A stretch of DNA of 64,000 nt, from contig OY253682.1 in NCBI GenBank assembly GCA_958009085.1, positions 372,001 to 436,000 on the forward strand. Reading direction: 5' to 3'. The notes beneath the pieces were generated by a model. The model was given only the letters and a program-made list of their open reading frames with translations. It made no database searches and was not told the DNA's origin. Of the stretch, positions 10,284 through 25,006 are shown one piece after another. The translations under genes and the position numbers were made by a program. This stretch comes from Protoeuglena noctilucae (taxonomy: Eukaryota). The first letter of the stretch is position 1; every line of letters begins with the position of its first letter.

Positions 10284-13200
10284 ATGTTCGAGGGCATCCT
10301 CTCGGACCTTCTGGTGTCGTTCCTCGGCGACATCGTCGCCATATCCCGCGAGCAAGTCAAGGTCTCGCTCTTTTCTGCGGCCTCCGGCGTCGTGCTCCAC
10401 GACCTCCGGTGAGCTGCGCAACTCGCCTCAATCACAAACAACTGCTGCCTTGAGTCCATCGGAAGGGCACCTACGTGCGGCGGCCCACGGAGCGCAGCCG
10501 GTGGGCCTGGCAACAGTCACGGGTGCCCAAGGCCCCCCGCGCCGCGGAAGAGCCATAGCGAGGCATTTCGGTCGCCCGTGACATGTCATTGGAATATAGC
10601 GTCGTTTGAGCTGCGGCACCTGTCGGTTTTCGCAGGCTTCGGGCCGGGCTGGCGGACCGCCTGGACCTCCCCGTCAAGATCGTGGACGGCCGCGTGGGCG
10701 CCCTCGTCGTTCGGATTCCGTGGACGGAGCTGCGCACTGCAGCTATCCGCATCGAAGTACGCGACGTGGAGATCGTTGCGAGCCCCAGGGACGAGCGGGA
10801 GTGGGACGAGGGGCCCTGGGCGGAGCGGAGCCGGCAAGCCAAGGCTGCGGCGCTGGCGGCAAGGTCACGAGTGGAGGATGCGGCAGTCAGGTGCGTGCTT
10901 GCATCTGGAAACCTGCGGGCGGGGTCAATGCATGGGTTGTGAGGCAACGGGCCCCGACATCGCCTGCAGGGCCGTGCTGGAGCAAGCGCTGGGTGCCGAC
11001 CCGGGCCCTGCGACGCCCGGATCGGCGTCCGCGGTGGGCCGCGCGCCCGCCGAGTCGTCTCACGGCGCCGGCAGCGCCGCGGGGCGGTCGGCAGGGCCCG
11101 CGAGCACGGCCGGGGCTTCGGCCCAGGTGAGAGAGCAGCCTGGGGTGGCAAACGGGCGATGAGCTGTCGTAATCATCGTTTCTTGGCAGCTCGTGAGCTC
11201 CATGCCTCTCTCGTCCAAAGCCCCACTGCTATGCGCTCTCCCATGTCCCGCCCCCGCAGGCGCCTCGCCGCAGCCTCCCTGCGCGCGCCCTGGGCCGCGT
11301 GGGTCAGGCCGCCGTCTCATCGCTCACCTTCCTCGTCAGTGTCCTGGCACAGCGCGTGCAGGTCGTCGTGTCGAACGTGACACTGCGCTTCGTCAGCCGG
11401 GACGCAGCCACGGGATGCGACACGGAGGTCGTGCTGCGCTTGGCGGAGCTGACCACGGAGGGCGCGGGCGACCGGGCGCAACGCAACGCTGAAGCCCTCC
11501 TGCGCCGCTCCCTGCACCTGCGGGGCCTTTCGGTCGCGTGCGGTACGGCGTCGACACCGCCCCCCGCACCGCTCCTGGCGCCCCTGTCAGCCCGGGTGGA
11601 CGTGGCCGTGTCCGCATCGCGAGACCTCAGCGACCTGCACGTCGACGTCGATGTGGCCGTCCCCACCGTCCGAGCCAACATCGACTCGATGCAGGCGAGC
11701 CGAGCAGTGCGCGTCACACGGCATGTGCACGCCGCACGCGCTACCTCCGGCAGCACTGCACCCCACTGACAGCGCTGGGTTGCTTTCAGAACCCACTGCG
11801 GCGCACCGCACACCTGCTGCCTTCTGTCAATGCGCGTTGATGCCTGCAACAAGTGACTCAATTCTTGCCCTGCTTTGCACCAGCAGGTGGTGGAACTCTC
11901 CCGCATCGCCGGGGAGGCTGAGATCTGGGCCAAGCGGCAGAGGTACGGTCGCTTTCGTCCGGCAGACTGGCGCCCGTTGGGCCCCGGTGGCTCGTGGCGC
12001 AAGGCGTGGTGCTACGCAGTGCAGTGCGCCCTCCACGACGTTCGGGAGGCGCGGGGGTGGTGGTCCGCCGCCGACATGCGCGCCAAGTCACGCTTACGGA
12101 CGGAATACCTGGAACTCTACCAGGTTTGTACCTTCGCGCTGCCACCGTTGGGTGCTGATGTGGGTTGCGCTGCCACTCTACCGCAGCCACTCCATCGCAC
12201 CTCTTCACGCGTCCCCCCCGCAGGCCAAACTGGAGAGGCAGGAGCGGGGCGCGGCCGAGGAGCTCACGTCGCATGCGAGCGTGTCCCTGGCGAGGATCGA
12301 AGACGAGCTCCCTCTGGACACGATCGTCGTTCTTCGAGCCATCGCGAGGCGGAGGGTGCGCAAGGACAAGAGGTCCGCGGACGGCGCGGGGGTGGTCGGG
12401 GTGGCGTCGCGGTGGGTCCCGGGCATGTCCACGCTCCTCGCCGGCGCGCGGAGGCTCGGGTCCTACCTCCCATCCGCCGCGGGGTGGGGCGGGGCGGCGC
12501 ACGGTGCGTCGGGGCAGCCGGGCGACGGCGCTTTGGACGTGGACGCTCTCCAGACGGCGCTGCAGGCCGCGGTGGCATCGCGCGCCGTGCGGGTGGCACT
12601 TGGCGCGCCTCCGGGCGCTGCGGCAGCTCCCCTGGCGGTGCGCGCTTCGGTGCGAGCCTCGGTGTCGCGGGTGGGCGTGGACCTGGCAGCGGTGACGGAG
12701 CTCAGTTTGCGCAATGACTGCGACGGCAGCGGCGAGGCGTGGAGTGGGGCGGGGATCGCTCCCGGCACGCCCCACGTAACAGCGCCCCTCTGGCGCGGGC
12801 CCCCGCCCTCTCCTGGGCCCCGCGTCATCGCTGCCGTCAGCGACCGCGCAGCCGTCGCCGGGTTCGAGTCTCCGCAGAGCAGCCGATCCTCCGAGGCAGA
12901 GGCCCCGCTGTCCTCGGCCGCGGTCGCCAGAAACTCCGATGACGACCATGGCCGGCGTCCTGCGTTGCAATGGCTCCCCGTGGTGTCGCTCTCTTTGGTG
13001 GGCATCGGCGTCGCCGTGGCCGCGGACAGCGCCGATAACGTCGAGGTCGGCGCCTGGGTCGAGACCGTGGCTGTGCGCACCGCACCGGACGCCTGGGCAG
13101 CCATCGATGCCGCTGCTGACGGCCTCCCCTCCCCGGTTAAATTCGGCGACGGCTCTGCCTCCAACGCGCCTCTCAGGACCCTGCTTGCCACCAAGGACGC

Positions 13201-16200
13201 CCTGCCAGGTGCGCCCACCCGAGTGGCGGAGCTGCTGTCGACCTTCCGAGCCGCCCACGACACGCTGGCCAGCCGCAGCCGCAGCGTGGCGCTCCCGGCC
13301 CTCCCGCCGGCAGTCGCGGTGCGGGTCTCTCTGCGGCCGGGGGCGGTGGATGCCGTTGTGGGCGAGGTGTACCGATCAGCATCGGGGAACGAGGTGGGGC
13401 TGGGCAAGCGCACGCCTGGGGCGCTGTCAGGGGGTCTCGCCACGCCTGCCCGGGTGCAGAGCGCAGCGGAGGGACTGCCGCCCGCCGCGGCCCACGCCGC
13501 TGCGGCCTTCACGCCCCCCTGGCGCGCGCAGAGCGGTGGGATGGGGTCTGGGCGCGGCGTGGCCAAGCAGCCGAGCGTCGGGAACAGCGGGGGTGAGTGG
13601 GTGAACTGGTCATGCATAACGGATTGCGTGGCATAGATAGGCGGTGCAGGTGAGCTTGTTGTTTTCACAACAGCGCATTGCAGGTGAACTTGTTGTTTTC
13701 ACAACAGCGAATTGCTGGCGATGCCTTTCACCACGTTCTCTGCTCGGTTGCTTGAGAGGCGTCGTGAGCAAGTTTCCGCGTCTCTCGCCGCCGCAGTGTT
13801 CGAGACAGACACCTTCTCTGAGATGGGCCTCACTGCCGCAGACACCCTCGCCGCCGGCTGGGACCCGCTGTCAGGCCTGACGCAGGGCGCCATTGCGCCC
13901 CCTGACGTCAGCGTCCGCGTCGCAGTGGCTCCGATCGTCCTCGCCCCCGACGTCGACTCCCTCGCAACCCTCGTTCAACTGGGCGACCTCTGTGCCCCCC
14001 TGGAGCCATCGATCGGCGCACAGGCGCGGGTGTGGCTTAACGCCATCCCGTCCTCCACGGGCCACCTCGCCAGGCAGGCCAGGAGGGCGCTGAGCAGTAT
14101 CGGCGCGCCCGTGCCTGATGTCCGGGTGTGCTTGGAGGGGCTGGAGGTGCGGGTGCGGGCGGGGCCCAATGCGGGGACGGGGGCGCAGCCGTCGCTGCCC
14201 TCGCCGTCCCGCGCCGCGCCGACTCCGCGAATGACGGGCGCGGGAGACTGGGGCGGCCCTTCAATTGATGACCCCACTCCGCGGCTCCCTCGGTCCATGG
14301 AGCGCCGGCCCCCGGAGCTCACGGTGGCGGTCGGGGAGGTGACGGTTCAGATTCCGGCACCCGACGACGCGCCGGGAGAGGAGTCTGCGCTGTGCCGGTC
14401 CGGCCTGGCGGACTCGGGGGTCATGGGGGAGGAGCAGGGGCGTGGGAGGGCGGAGTCCGGCGCTGCACTGCGCGCACATGCGAGGGCGCTGGTGGAGCTC
14501 TTGGAGAGCAGCCCAGAGGACCCCCGGCTGAATGCGGCCGTCCGGGAGCGGGTGGTCTGGGCCGCGCCAGCTACGGCCGTGTCCGTCGCGAGCGTGGCGG
14601 TGCTGGCGTCTTGTGAAGGCGTCAGCCCTGCGCGCGTCCTCGACGCAGACGGCCTCTCTCTGCGCGCCCGCTCGCCCCTGATCGGCGCCGACCCGTACTT
14701 CCCGGCCCAGACGGACCTCCGTGTCCGCCCCGTTCGTATCAGTGCTTCCGTTGATGCCGTCTGCGCGCTCGTCGAGCTGACGGAGGCGCTGCTGGGACCC
14801 GCGGACGCCTGGACGGTCACGCGAGCGGGCGCAGCTGAGAGGAGCGCCACCTGCGTGTCGCCGATATGGGAGTCTCCCAGCACATCCCCGTCACATGCAG
14901 CGGGAGCGGTGCGGGGTGCACGGGCAGCTAGTTGCAGCCCGTGGCAAGCCCTACTGCGTGGCGAGAGTCTCGTTACGGAGCCCGCCCAGCTCCGCAGGGC
15001 CCGCGCGGCGCGTGCCGTGACTTGCGCTGCACTGAGGGCGGCGCAGCGTGGGGCAGCGTCGGCGCTGCGTCTGGATGCAGAGTCTTTGGCCGTCGTGGGG
15101 AGCTGCGCTGAGGCCGTGGGGGTCCGTCAGGCTGCGGTGCTCGACCAGCGACCCCAGGACGTCCTGTGGCAGTTGGCAGTGACGGGGGTGCAGCTGCAAT
15201 CGGTGTCCGATGCGATGGGCGCTTCCCTGGACCTCACTGTTGAGGGCGTGGAGCTCCGAGGTGAGACTCGCAAGCCACGCTGCCCCGACTCACATTGTTA
15301 GCGCGATTGGTGCGCAACCGTGGCTTGCGGCTCGGTGTTTGGCTGAACACAGCGTACAGGCTCTTGCTTTCTCGGCGCTTGACTGAACACGAAGTCTCGC
15401 CTCTCTCGCAGACCTCTGGAGGGACTGGCCCGGCCCTGGACCCGAGCCTGGGCAGCAATGGACCCCGCTCCTGCGCCTCCCACCCGTGCTGTCCAGCGCC
15501 GCCATCTCAGACATCCGCCTGGCGCTGTGCACCGTCAGCGACGTCGCAACGGCGATGCGCGAGCGGGGCTTGACCCCAGACATCGGCAGGGAGGTTCCCC
15601 GCCAGAGCAGCGTTGCTGTGAGCGTAGCGCACGTGGCGTTGCTGGGACCCGGTGCTACCCCCGACTGCCACGTGGTGTTGGGGAGCGAGGAGGGCAGTGA
15701 CGGTGACAGCCGCGCTTGGGCGCATGCAGCCAGCTCCCTCGGCCTCGACGCTGTGTGGGGCGCGCAGGGCGCGGCGCGGCGCGAGCGGCGACCTTTCCTG
15801 TCACTCGGGGCGAACGAGGAGCGGGCGTCAGTGTCGGTGCATGGCGTGCAAGTGGGGACAGGGTGGGTCCGCTTGGCACCCGGCCTGGTGTCGCATCTGG
15901 CAAGCGCAATGCGGCAGGCGGCAAAGGAGCTTCCCTTGGATCGCGTGGGAAGGATCGTGAGCGTGGTGGGGGAGTTGCAGCGAGCGCAGGCCGGGCATGG
16001 CGGTGGGGTGAACGGTGGCATGGGCGAGGGGCGCGACGAGATGGGGCCGACTCGCGTGGCGGGCGCTGGGCGCAGTGACGGTGTCGAGGGGAAGGGCGCA
16101 ACTACGCCTGTGGTGGTCCCCGACGTGGAGGTCTCTGTTTCTGACATCTGCGTCAGGCACCTGACTCAAGTTGGCGTGTCAGGGGCCGACCGGGGAGCCT

Positions 16201-19200
16201 CGCAGCCCTCCAGTGCCGCCGTTGCACCCTCCTCTGTGCAGCAGAGCCCAGCGGCGGTGGAGGCGTCTGTTGGCAAGTTGGACTTCGCTCTGCCGGCCTC
16301 GCTGGTACGGTCGGCCCTTGCCACAGTTGACGCTGTTCGCGGTGCCCCTTCTAATGGGCAGCCGGGGGCACAGTCAAAGGCGGGAGTTGATACGGAGACT
16401 GCGGGGGCCTCGAACGAGGGCAAGATTGCTTTGGTGGCATTGCTAGACAGTGCGGTGCCTGGGACGGGGCTCGACTTAGGTCGAGACGGTCAGCCGGGTG
16501 CGTTGGTGGTCATCGCGGGCGTCAAGGTGGCAGTCAAGTCCATTGACAACTACCATGCCGAGAGCGGCCTTCCGACACCACGCACGCATTCGGCAGCGTG
16601 GGTCGGACTGCCGCGCATGGCCGTCACGGGGCGATGGGAGTGTCGCGACGGGCATGCGAACGCACCCACGCCCGCGACGACATCGCCGGGACCACTCGAG
16701 TCCGTCTTACTCCACGTGTCCTTGGGCGACGTGGCCGTCAGCGCTGTGGCAGACGAGCTGGCAGGGTGGCTGCCCGCGCTGGTTGCTGACTCGGCTCAGC
16801 TGATGCGTGAGGCGGAGCGTGTGGGATGCGTCGTGAATAAGCAAGTGGAGCCGGCCATCGCAGACCTGGTGGCGGCCGTGGGGCTGCCTGAGAGGGCTGC
16901 GGACGGGGCGGATGGGGAAGCGAGAGGTGCGGGGGAGGGCGAGGGCAGCCAAGGCTCACAGCAGCAATCGCCCCTCAGTCAGGTCTCCGAGACACTGCGA
17001 GCGGTGCAGGCGGCGCTCCCGGGTGCAGCTGCGGCCATGGGCGTGAGCCTTGGGTCGCTGACAGTGGCAGTGACGCATTTGGGGCAGGCGGGCGGCAGTG
17101 GCAAAGGAGGCGCTTTGCACGACAGCCCCGCCGCTGTGTGCCTGGCGCTGACTGGCGTGGGTGCAGGTGTGGCTGTGGACACCCGCGCTCGGGTCATGGC
17201 GCGCGCCACGCTGGGTGGCATACGGGCCGGATGCGGGCCGCTGGGCTTTGATGGGCGAGGCAGGCGTGGGGGGGATGCGGTCAGCGCATTCCCACCCGCG
17301 TTCGCCATTCGCGGGGTGCGCATGAGCCCGCACTGCTTAGATGAGGGCTCTGCCAAACAGGCGTCGTCAGTTGAGGTCCGCGAGGCATCGGTGGAACGAG
17401 CGACTGGATGGCCAGTCGCTGTGTTAGACGACAGGTTGGATCACGGGTCGTCGGGTGGACAACTGCCCGACTCTCCGCATGGCGACGGGAGTGCTGTGGG
17501 CCAAGGGATGCCGCCCTGCTTGTCTCTGGGGTCCCTGGTGGAGCTGCGGGTGGCCCAGGCACACTGCGGCACATCAAAGTCGGCGTCATCGGAGCAGCGT
17601 TCGCACGGCGCTGCAGAGTCGGCACCCGACGCCGTGCGCGTCTCCGCCAACCTCGCGGCCGGGGTCGCGGCCCTTGCTCGGGAGGCGCGCGCAGATGGGG
17701 AGCGGCGACGGTGCAGTAATGGTGCAGAGAGCCTGGGGAGAGAGTCAGTCGTGGCTGTGGACGTGTCGCCCCTGTCACTCGCGGTGGATGCGGGGGCTGT
17801 GACTGGCGCTGCGCATGCGGCTGCACGCATCGTGGGCGCTGTGCTTGCCGCCGCGGCAGAGGCAGCAGCTGCGGGCGCCAGTGGCGGCCCGGGCGAGGGA
17901 TTGGCTGACGGGGGCACTGGAGTTGCCAGGTCCGAGGTGGCGGCAACGCAGCCCGTCTCGCGTGCCGTCAACGGCTCAGGTCTCAAGGCACCAACGTTGG
18001 ATGCATCGGGAGGCACTGCATCTGTCAGCGCATCGACGTCGCTGGCGCCAAACGCGGAACTGGACACTCGTCTAGGCGTCTCGGGGCCTGGCGTTGGGAT
18101 TCAGTGGCTGTCCCGTGTGCCGGTCCGCGTTGAGATGGCCGTCCCACGACTGTCGCTCTGCTTGGTGCGTGCCATGGGCAGGGAGCGGCCTCTGATCATC
18201 GCAGCAACCGATGGGTCCTGCCGCGACGGGCTCTGCGCGGCGTGGGCGGGGGCGGTAATTGGCTCCGTTGGGTTCCGAGGTGTCGCAACGCTGGGTGCTG
18301 CGGCAGCTCATGACCAGGGTGCAGACATGGGCGCGGAGCAGGGCGTGGGAAGGGCGCACATATGGCTATCTCTGCAAGGCGCGTGCTCCAGCTTGCACGT
18401 CCTCGCCACGGTGACGGGCGGCGCCTTCTCAGAGGCCAGCACCCAGGGTGGGGCGGCGCAGGAGGGGTGGGTGCAGGCGAGGGGTGGCGGGGAGAAGCAG
18501 GCTGGGCGCGAGGGGGAGATGGCGAGTGACGGGAACGCGGGCATCGACCCTGCGGACGCCGAGGCGGCGCTGGGTCCGTTTCTGGCGGACGGTGTCTGGC
18601 TCTTGGGAGCGCGGCAGGCGGTGGTCTTTGCGGACGGTAGCGGCGCAGATGTCGCGGCGGTGCTGAGCGCGGGCGCGGAGGGCGTGTCGCGCTGTGACGT
18701 TCGCATGTCGGCTCGTGTGCCGGACGTCCACGCGAGTTTGCGACTCTCGACCGCCACTGCCCTGGCCTCCATGGCGGGTGCCGTGTCGCAGGACGCGTCA
18801 TCGGCCGCGGCCGCACTCGCGCCTGTCTTGGGGTTGTTGGGAGGCCGAGCGGCGGGGGAGGGGCAAAGCGACGGCTGCGAGGGCGGGGCGTCCACGCAAC
18901 CACTGGGCGCCTCAACCACCGCGCATGTGCTCGACCAATCCATGCCCGCCCGGACACTCTGGGTCGTTGACTGCCAAACGGACGTGCACCCCGCCTCGCT
19001 CCACGTCACCCTCGTCTCAGACGCGGGCCCTGTGGACGTCCCGGTCCTTCGCGCTCGCATCGACTTGGCGGGAGCCTCGGCGCAGTGTCAGGGCGCGCTC
19101 AGCGACCACGATTCGCGCGGCATCGACGTGAGCGGCCGAGCGGAGGCCGGGGCGTCCCTGCGCATCGATCGCTTTGTGTCCGAGTCGGCGTGTTGGCACC

Positions 19201-22200
19201 AGGTGGCCGTGGTTGGCCACACCAGAGCGTCCATTGCCCTCTCACCAGACCACCCATCCGCGAGTCGCAATCTGTCCGTTGACATGCGAGTCTCCGAAGC
19301 CCTGCGGCTCTCGGCGTGCCCCGGTCTGGGCCACACGGCTCGCGCCGCAACTATCGCAACCACCGTCGTCTCCGGGGCCTTCCTGGGGCGCGCTGCCGCG
19401 TTCTGGGCCCCCGGTCGATCAGCGATAGGCCGCGTCTGCCACCCAGCGCTGCAGTCCATGCCGGGACGCCAGCCTGGATCCCACAAGAGCCCAGGGTCGG
19501 CGTGCCACACGACCATCGCCGTCGTCAATGCGACAGGCGTGCCCCTTCGCGTCAAGCCCCGCAGCTGCCACCGCACATGGGGGCGACTCGATGGCCCGGA
19601 GGCGGCGCTGCCGGGTGTCGGGTGCGTTTCTGCGGCCTTCCCCAGCCCGTGGATCGAGAAGGGGGCGAGGGAGGCGGTGACGGTGAGACTCGACCCAGTG
19701 GACCGCCAGGAGGGCAGGGTCCGCGCCACGGTGCAAGTGGCCTCGAACGCGGCCGACCTGGAGGTGGAGCTGTGCGTGGCGGATGGCCCAGCGGGTGCGG
19801 TGGGGTTGTCTCAAGGCAGGGCCGCGGGGGCTGCCGGGATCGGGTCGGGCGGCAGCGGCAGGCGCGTGTGTGTCGTGCCGTTGGTGCCTGGGAGCCGCGG
19901 CGAGGCGGAGGTGGCGACGGGGGAGGGGCGCAGGGTCGTGGTGTGGGAGGTGGTGCGGGGTGCGGTCGGAGGGGTGGAGGTGCGGCTGAGTGGCGGCCCC
20001 TCAGTGGTCAACAACACCTGCCACCGCCTGGCGATCGTTATCTCGGGCACGAGCGACAACACAGAGAGCCGCGGCAGCGCAGCGCTGCTCCACGGGGCAT
20101 CTGCCAGGGTCAACAAGGCGATACCTTGGATGCACTCCGACGTCGTCATCGTGCCGCCACGTGCGTCCAGAGCCCTCCCCCTGCGCGCGTCGAGCGACCT
20201 CAGCCGTGCTGCAGCGTGCCTGCTGCCCTGCCCCTGGCCGGCGGACGGAGCGACGCCCATGTTTGCGCCTCTTTGGGCGACGGATGGGGCGGCGACGGTG
20301 CGGCTCCCTGTGCCTCAGGCTTGCGGAGAAGAGTGGCTGGACGTCGACCTTGCGATAGGCGGCGTCGGGCAGGGCGGGGAGTCGTGCGGGGTGGCAGAGG
20401 AGGAATACGCTGCTCTATGCACATCGTGGCAGGCGTGGCGAAACCCCCGTGGCGCACCTGCTGCCGGTGACGACCGCGCCTCGTCAGCTGGTAACAAGGA
20501 CGCTCTCTACGCACTCCTAACAGCGCGCAAGGACCCCTCCGGCCGCGTGCGGGTCGAGGCAGCTGCGCCTGCCGTGCTGCACAGCCACTCGGCGCAGTCG
20601 CTGGCGGTGCACCTCGGGCGCCGCTGCGTCACACTGCCTCCCGGGGCGTCCTGCGGCATCTACGAGAACCCTACCCGCGGCATTAAGGTGGCCGTGCCAG
20701 CTCCAGGAGGGCCCTCTCAGCTGGGGCCAGGGCATTGCGTGGGGTGGGTGCACCTGTCTTCCTCCGGCTGCGTCGCGTGGCCGGAAGGCTGGGCCGCGGC
20801 GCCCGTGTCGTTCGCACCGCCGGAGGGCCTCTCTGCCGCCGCGCCGGCTCCTATGGTGGCTGCGTGGCGGGGCGTGTGGGGCGCACCCGGAACCGCCAAC
20901 CTCGGATCCGTCCGGGCTGAGGAACGACCCGTCGAGGTTCGAATCCTGGCAGAGATATCGGCCGTCAGCTGGCTGCCGGTGCCCCTCATGCTCTCTCTCC
21001 GGCGAGGCGACCCGGCCACTGCCAGCGCCGCCGCCGGTGCACCCCTCAGCGCGACCGTCACCAACCTCCCGGCAGCGCCCAGCTCTCTGGACGGCGCGCC
21101 CTCGCCGCCTGGGGCCAGCTCCAGTGATCGCGCTGTGCAGGGCGCCGGTGCTGGTGCGCTGGACATGGCAGAGGATGCCTGTGTCGGCAGATCCAAGTCG
21201 CGTCAAGAGCCCTCCGCCTCCTTCGCCCGCCTCGCGGTTCCTTGGTCCCCGGCAGACGCCCTCGGGATCAACGCCGTGTTGGTGTCTCTCCACTGCGCCC
21301 ACCTGGCCCTGGGCGGCCCCGGCTCCCACCACGGGGCGCCAGTGACGGTCCGCGTCCCCACCAAGCCTCGCAGCGGTGTCAGCTACCACCGGGTGCCGGT
21401 CCCGGTGCCCGGCGGGGTGTTCATGCCCGTGGTGCTCGAGCAGCACCGCCTCGACCACCCAGCGCCCGTGTCTGCCGGAGTGTGGGTGCTGCGTCCATTG
21501 GCGCATGTCGTGAACAGCTCCGGGGCAACTCTGTCAATCTCTGCGCACGGGGGCCCGCGCAACGAGGTCCCGGACGGCCATACCGGCGCCACGCGTGCGG
21601 CCGTGGCGCACGGCTCACGCTGGACGGCGGTGGTGGGCGGCGGGGACGCCCGCGCCCCTTTGGTCGACAGCCTGACTGTCTGTGTGCATCACCCGTCCGG
21701 CCTGTGCCCGCCGTCTCGCATCCCGCTCAACGGGCCCGGTACCTACCGATTCATGCTCCGCGGGGACGGTTCGGGTCTCCCTTTGGAGGCCCGCGTGCAC
21801 GTCGGCCATAGCGGAGAGGCCACGTGCGTCATCAGCCGTGCGGTCTTCGTCCCCGCCTGCGTGCTCAACCACACCGGCCGCGCCGTTTCAGTGTCCCAGG
21901 TGAGCGCTGGCAAGCTTGCAGGAGCAGGGAATGAACGCAGCGCATGACCATGCAGTTGGGCTGTGTACCTGTCGCGCTGATGCGGTCTTGTCGCGCCGCG
22001 CTCCGCATGCACTTCGCAGCTGCTGCCGCTCTCGTGGTCCCGCTTTCAATCTGGCTGTCTGACGTGCTTCTCTCCGGTTCCTTGGCGCAGATGGGGAGGA
22101 CCGGGGTCGACGTGGCCCTCCTGGGGCCGGGGCAGTTAGCGTCATTGTGCCAGACCAGCCAGCTGCAGATATCAACCGCGGGCGGCAGATCCCTGGGGAC

Positions 22201-24414
22201 CCTGCCTTGGCCGCGGGGCGAGAAGCCCCGGACCTTTGTGCTGACTGCGCTGGGCGGCGACGTGTTCGCGCAAGTAGGGCACGCAGGGCCGTACGTCGTC
22301 ATCCGCCTCGCCTCCCGCCCGCGTATGTCCATCTCCGCAAAGACCCTGCGAGACTTCACCGGCCACGCCGGCGAGATGGGGCGCTGGGCCGCTGCGCGGG
22401 GTCCCCAGCATCGACACGCGGGCACACATGCCGGGGCTGTCGGTCTGGGGTCGAACCCGCACCGGGACGCATCCGACGGCGGCTCGCTGCGCGTGGATGT
22501 CTCCGTGCACGTGCAGGACGTCGTGCTGTCCATCGAGGGCACTGCAGGTCCCGTGGCGCAAGTGCGTGTGACGGGCATGCATGCGGGGCTAGAGACGCTA
22601 ATCCGTGGGGCCCAGGAGGGGCCTCGGCCCTCGCCTGGCATCGCAGCGACTGTGCAGCACGACGCGCGCCAGACCAGCGCGCCGCTCAACCTGGACGGCG
22701 CTTGGGATGGTGCGTGGGGTGGGTCGCAGACGGGTCACACCGGCTCGCCCAGCGATGACGCCCAGCCGAGCTCCGGGCCGAGCTCTGGGCCGCGTTCGCT
22801 CGCCGTCTCCCTTCGCGTGGAGGACATTGAGGTGGTCAACTCGCTGCGGGGCGCTGCGTTCCCATTGGTGCTCTGTCGCCTGGGCCGCGTGTCATCGCGG
22901 GGCGTCATGTGGGGCATGGGCCTAGTGCAGACAGGCGCAGAAGGGGAGTCTCCGCAGGGGGCGCTCGAGCTCGAGGCGGAGGTCAGCGAGGGCCCCGCGC
23001 CCGGGGTGGTGGTCGTGGACAGGGTGAGAGGAGTGTCGAGTACGTGGGCGTGCGCAGTGCAAGAGCAGGGGTGACATGCAAGGCCTCTGGCTGTTGCCGC
23101 AGGTGTCCGTGGGTGTGAGGCCTCTGTCGCTGACTGTGCAAGCTCGTCTGGTGATTGAGCTTGTTGCAGCGGCGACGGAGATTGCGCAGGCGGCGGGGCT
23201 GGGTACGGCGGCCGGGTCGCGCCTCGCAGAGGTGAGGACAGCGGCGCTCACGCGGCAGGGACTGTGCCGCGCGGTCTGTCCAGTGGGTAAAGGCACGTCG
23301 AAACGTATGCAAGCGTCCTGGCGTTCTCATGTCATAGCACGGGGTAAGGGGCACCCACCCACCCTCGCAGGGACCGCCGAGCGGACTTCAGGCGGAGCCA
23401 GAGTTGCGCATGGAGCACTGGGAGGGTCGCGCGGGCCACGCCCTGGCGGAGGCGGGCGGGCGGGGGGCGGTGCGGTGGGTGTGGGTGCGGCATGCGGCGG
23501 TTGGCGAGGTGGACGTGGTGGCCAACGCGCTCATGTCTTGGGGCCACGCGGTCGCGTCGTCTGCCGCCGCGCACCGGGGACGCGTCCCGCGCTGGCTCCT
23601 GGATGCCGTGGCGTCCGCTGTCGACGTGCGCGACGCGTGGATCGGCCTGCCGCCGCTGCGGGTGTCGGGAGTCACGTGGGCCCTGGAGGACGTCCCCTTA
23701 AGGATCCTCGAGCTTCCCGGGGTCCACGCCGCCGTCGCCGGCAACGTCTTACGCGCCCTGAGCGCCCTGGGGTGGGGCCAGGCGCTGGGCAACCCCGCCC
23801 TGGCCTTTTCCCTCCTCGCGAGCCGCGTCAAGCTCCTGGTCATGTGAGGGGTAGTTTTCACAAACTCGTGCCGCGCCGGGGGCATGAACCTCGCGCACCA
23901 GCCGCGCAAGGCCTGTGTGCCACCCCGCCTCTCCTCGGTTCATCGCAGGTCGCTGGCGGCCGCAGCCACGCCGCTCCCGGCGCGTGGGCCGCGCCTCCCG
24001 TGGGACCCTCTCACGCACGCGGTAGGCATCGTGTCGGGCGCGGGGGCCGCGGCGTCACTGATGGCCTCCCGGTCCTTGGAGTACGGAGGGCGTGTACTGG
24101 CAGCCGCGGTACCCCCGGCAGAGGAGGGCACCGGGGAGGCCCCCGACGACACATGGGAGGCGTACCTGAAGGCCGGGGACAGCACGTTGGCGGGGGCCGC
24201 TCGGCGCGCGATCTGCGGACTCGTGAGCGAGCCGGCACGCGCCCTGCGGGACGGGGGCTGGTCCGCGGTCCCGTTCGGCGTGCTGCAGGGCCTGGCGGGC
24301 GCGGTGGTGCACCCCGGTGTGTTCGCGGCCCGCTACAGCAGCAATGTGATGCTCGCCGTAGCGAGTGCGCTGTCGGGGGGCGCCGTGGAGGCACCGGGGG
24401 AAGGCGCCGTGTGA
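10284..24414 (+). CDS. VPS13: VPS13-family bridge-like lipid transfer protein (multi-exon, about 14 kb)
   Basis: Chorein-N start MFEGILSDLLVSFLGDIV...LDLPVKIVDGRVGALVVRIPW; RxRY..FRP...W.YA motif near 11930-12120; repeated VVN.TG..L motifs (VAB/SHR-BD type) in the 6.4-kb exon within 15486-21947; C-terminal GVLQGLAGAV.hP segment. Internal exon boundaries are only partly resolved. Confidence 0.85.
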
Positions 24415-25006
24415 CCGTGCTGCACGTCGGCTGGCCGCGGGTTAGTGGCGCTAGCGCGCGGTTGTGGACGGTTTTGTCGCTGCAGGTGTCGCTTCAATAG
24501 CTGTTGGCGCGTGTTGAACCGCTTTTACGGCAGGACACGGGAGGATTTCCCGACGCTTGGGCGAACCCTCTGCCAGTGTTCATCGGACCGCGCTTTGACC
24601 GCGTCCATTCCGCGCATCGGCCACTCAGCGGCGCCTCCGCTGACGGCGAGACCCGCAGGTCGCGCAGTCCGCTGGGGCGGTGCACAGAGTTTGTTAGTGT
24701 GGCTCCCAACAAAATCTAAGCGACATGCGGTTGTGTGTCGGCAGTTTCGGTGTAATTAGAGCGATATTTGTCCTAGTAAACGCGTGACGGGTGGGCCTGG
24801 GGTGTATCGCGCCTGTGGGACGAACAAAATCCCACACGACTCCCCTTTTGCCCGCCTGTGACCGAAGCGCGCCATCGTATCATGGGGTTTTCTTTACAGC
24901 AGGGCCCTTGATCGTTATTCTCCTGCGCTGTGCTTGGCCTGGCGCATGGACGTTGGGGGGCCCTACGCGCATTCCCCGCTGTCACGATAGACTACGATAG
25001 TCTATC

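Noticed and set aside
11858..21506. Long antisense and alternate-frame ORFs overlapping VPS13 (and similar ones throughout the window)
   Set aside because: Arg/Pro/Ala-rich translations with no motifs, as expected from stop-codon scarcity at high GC.
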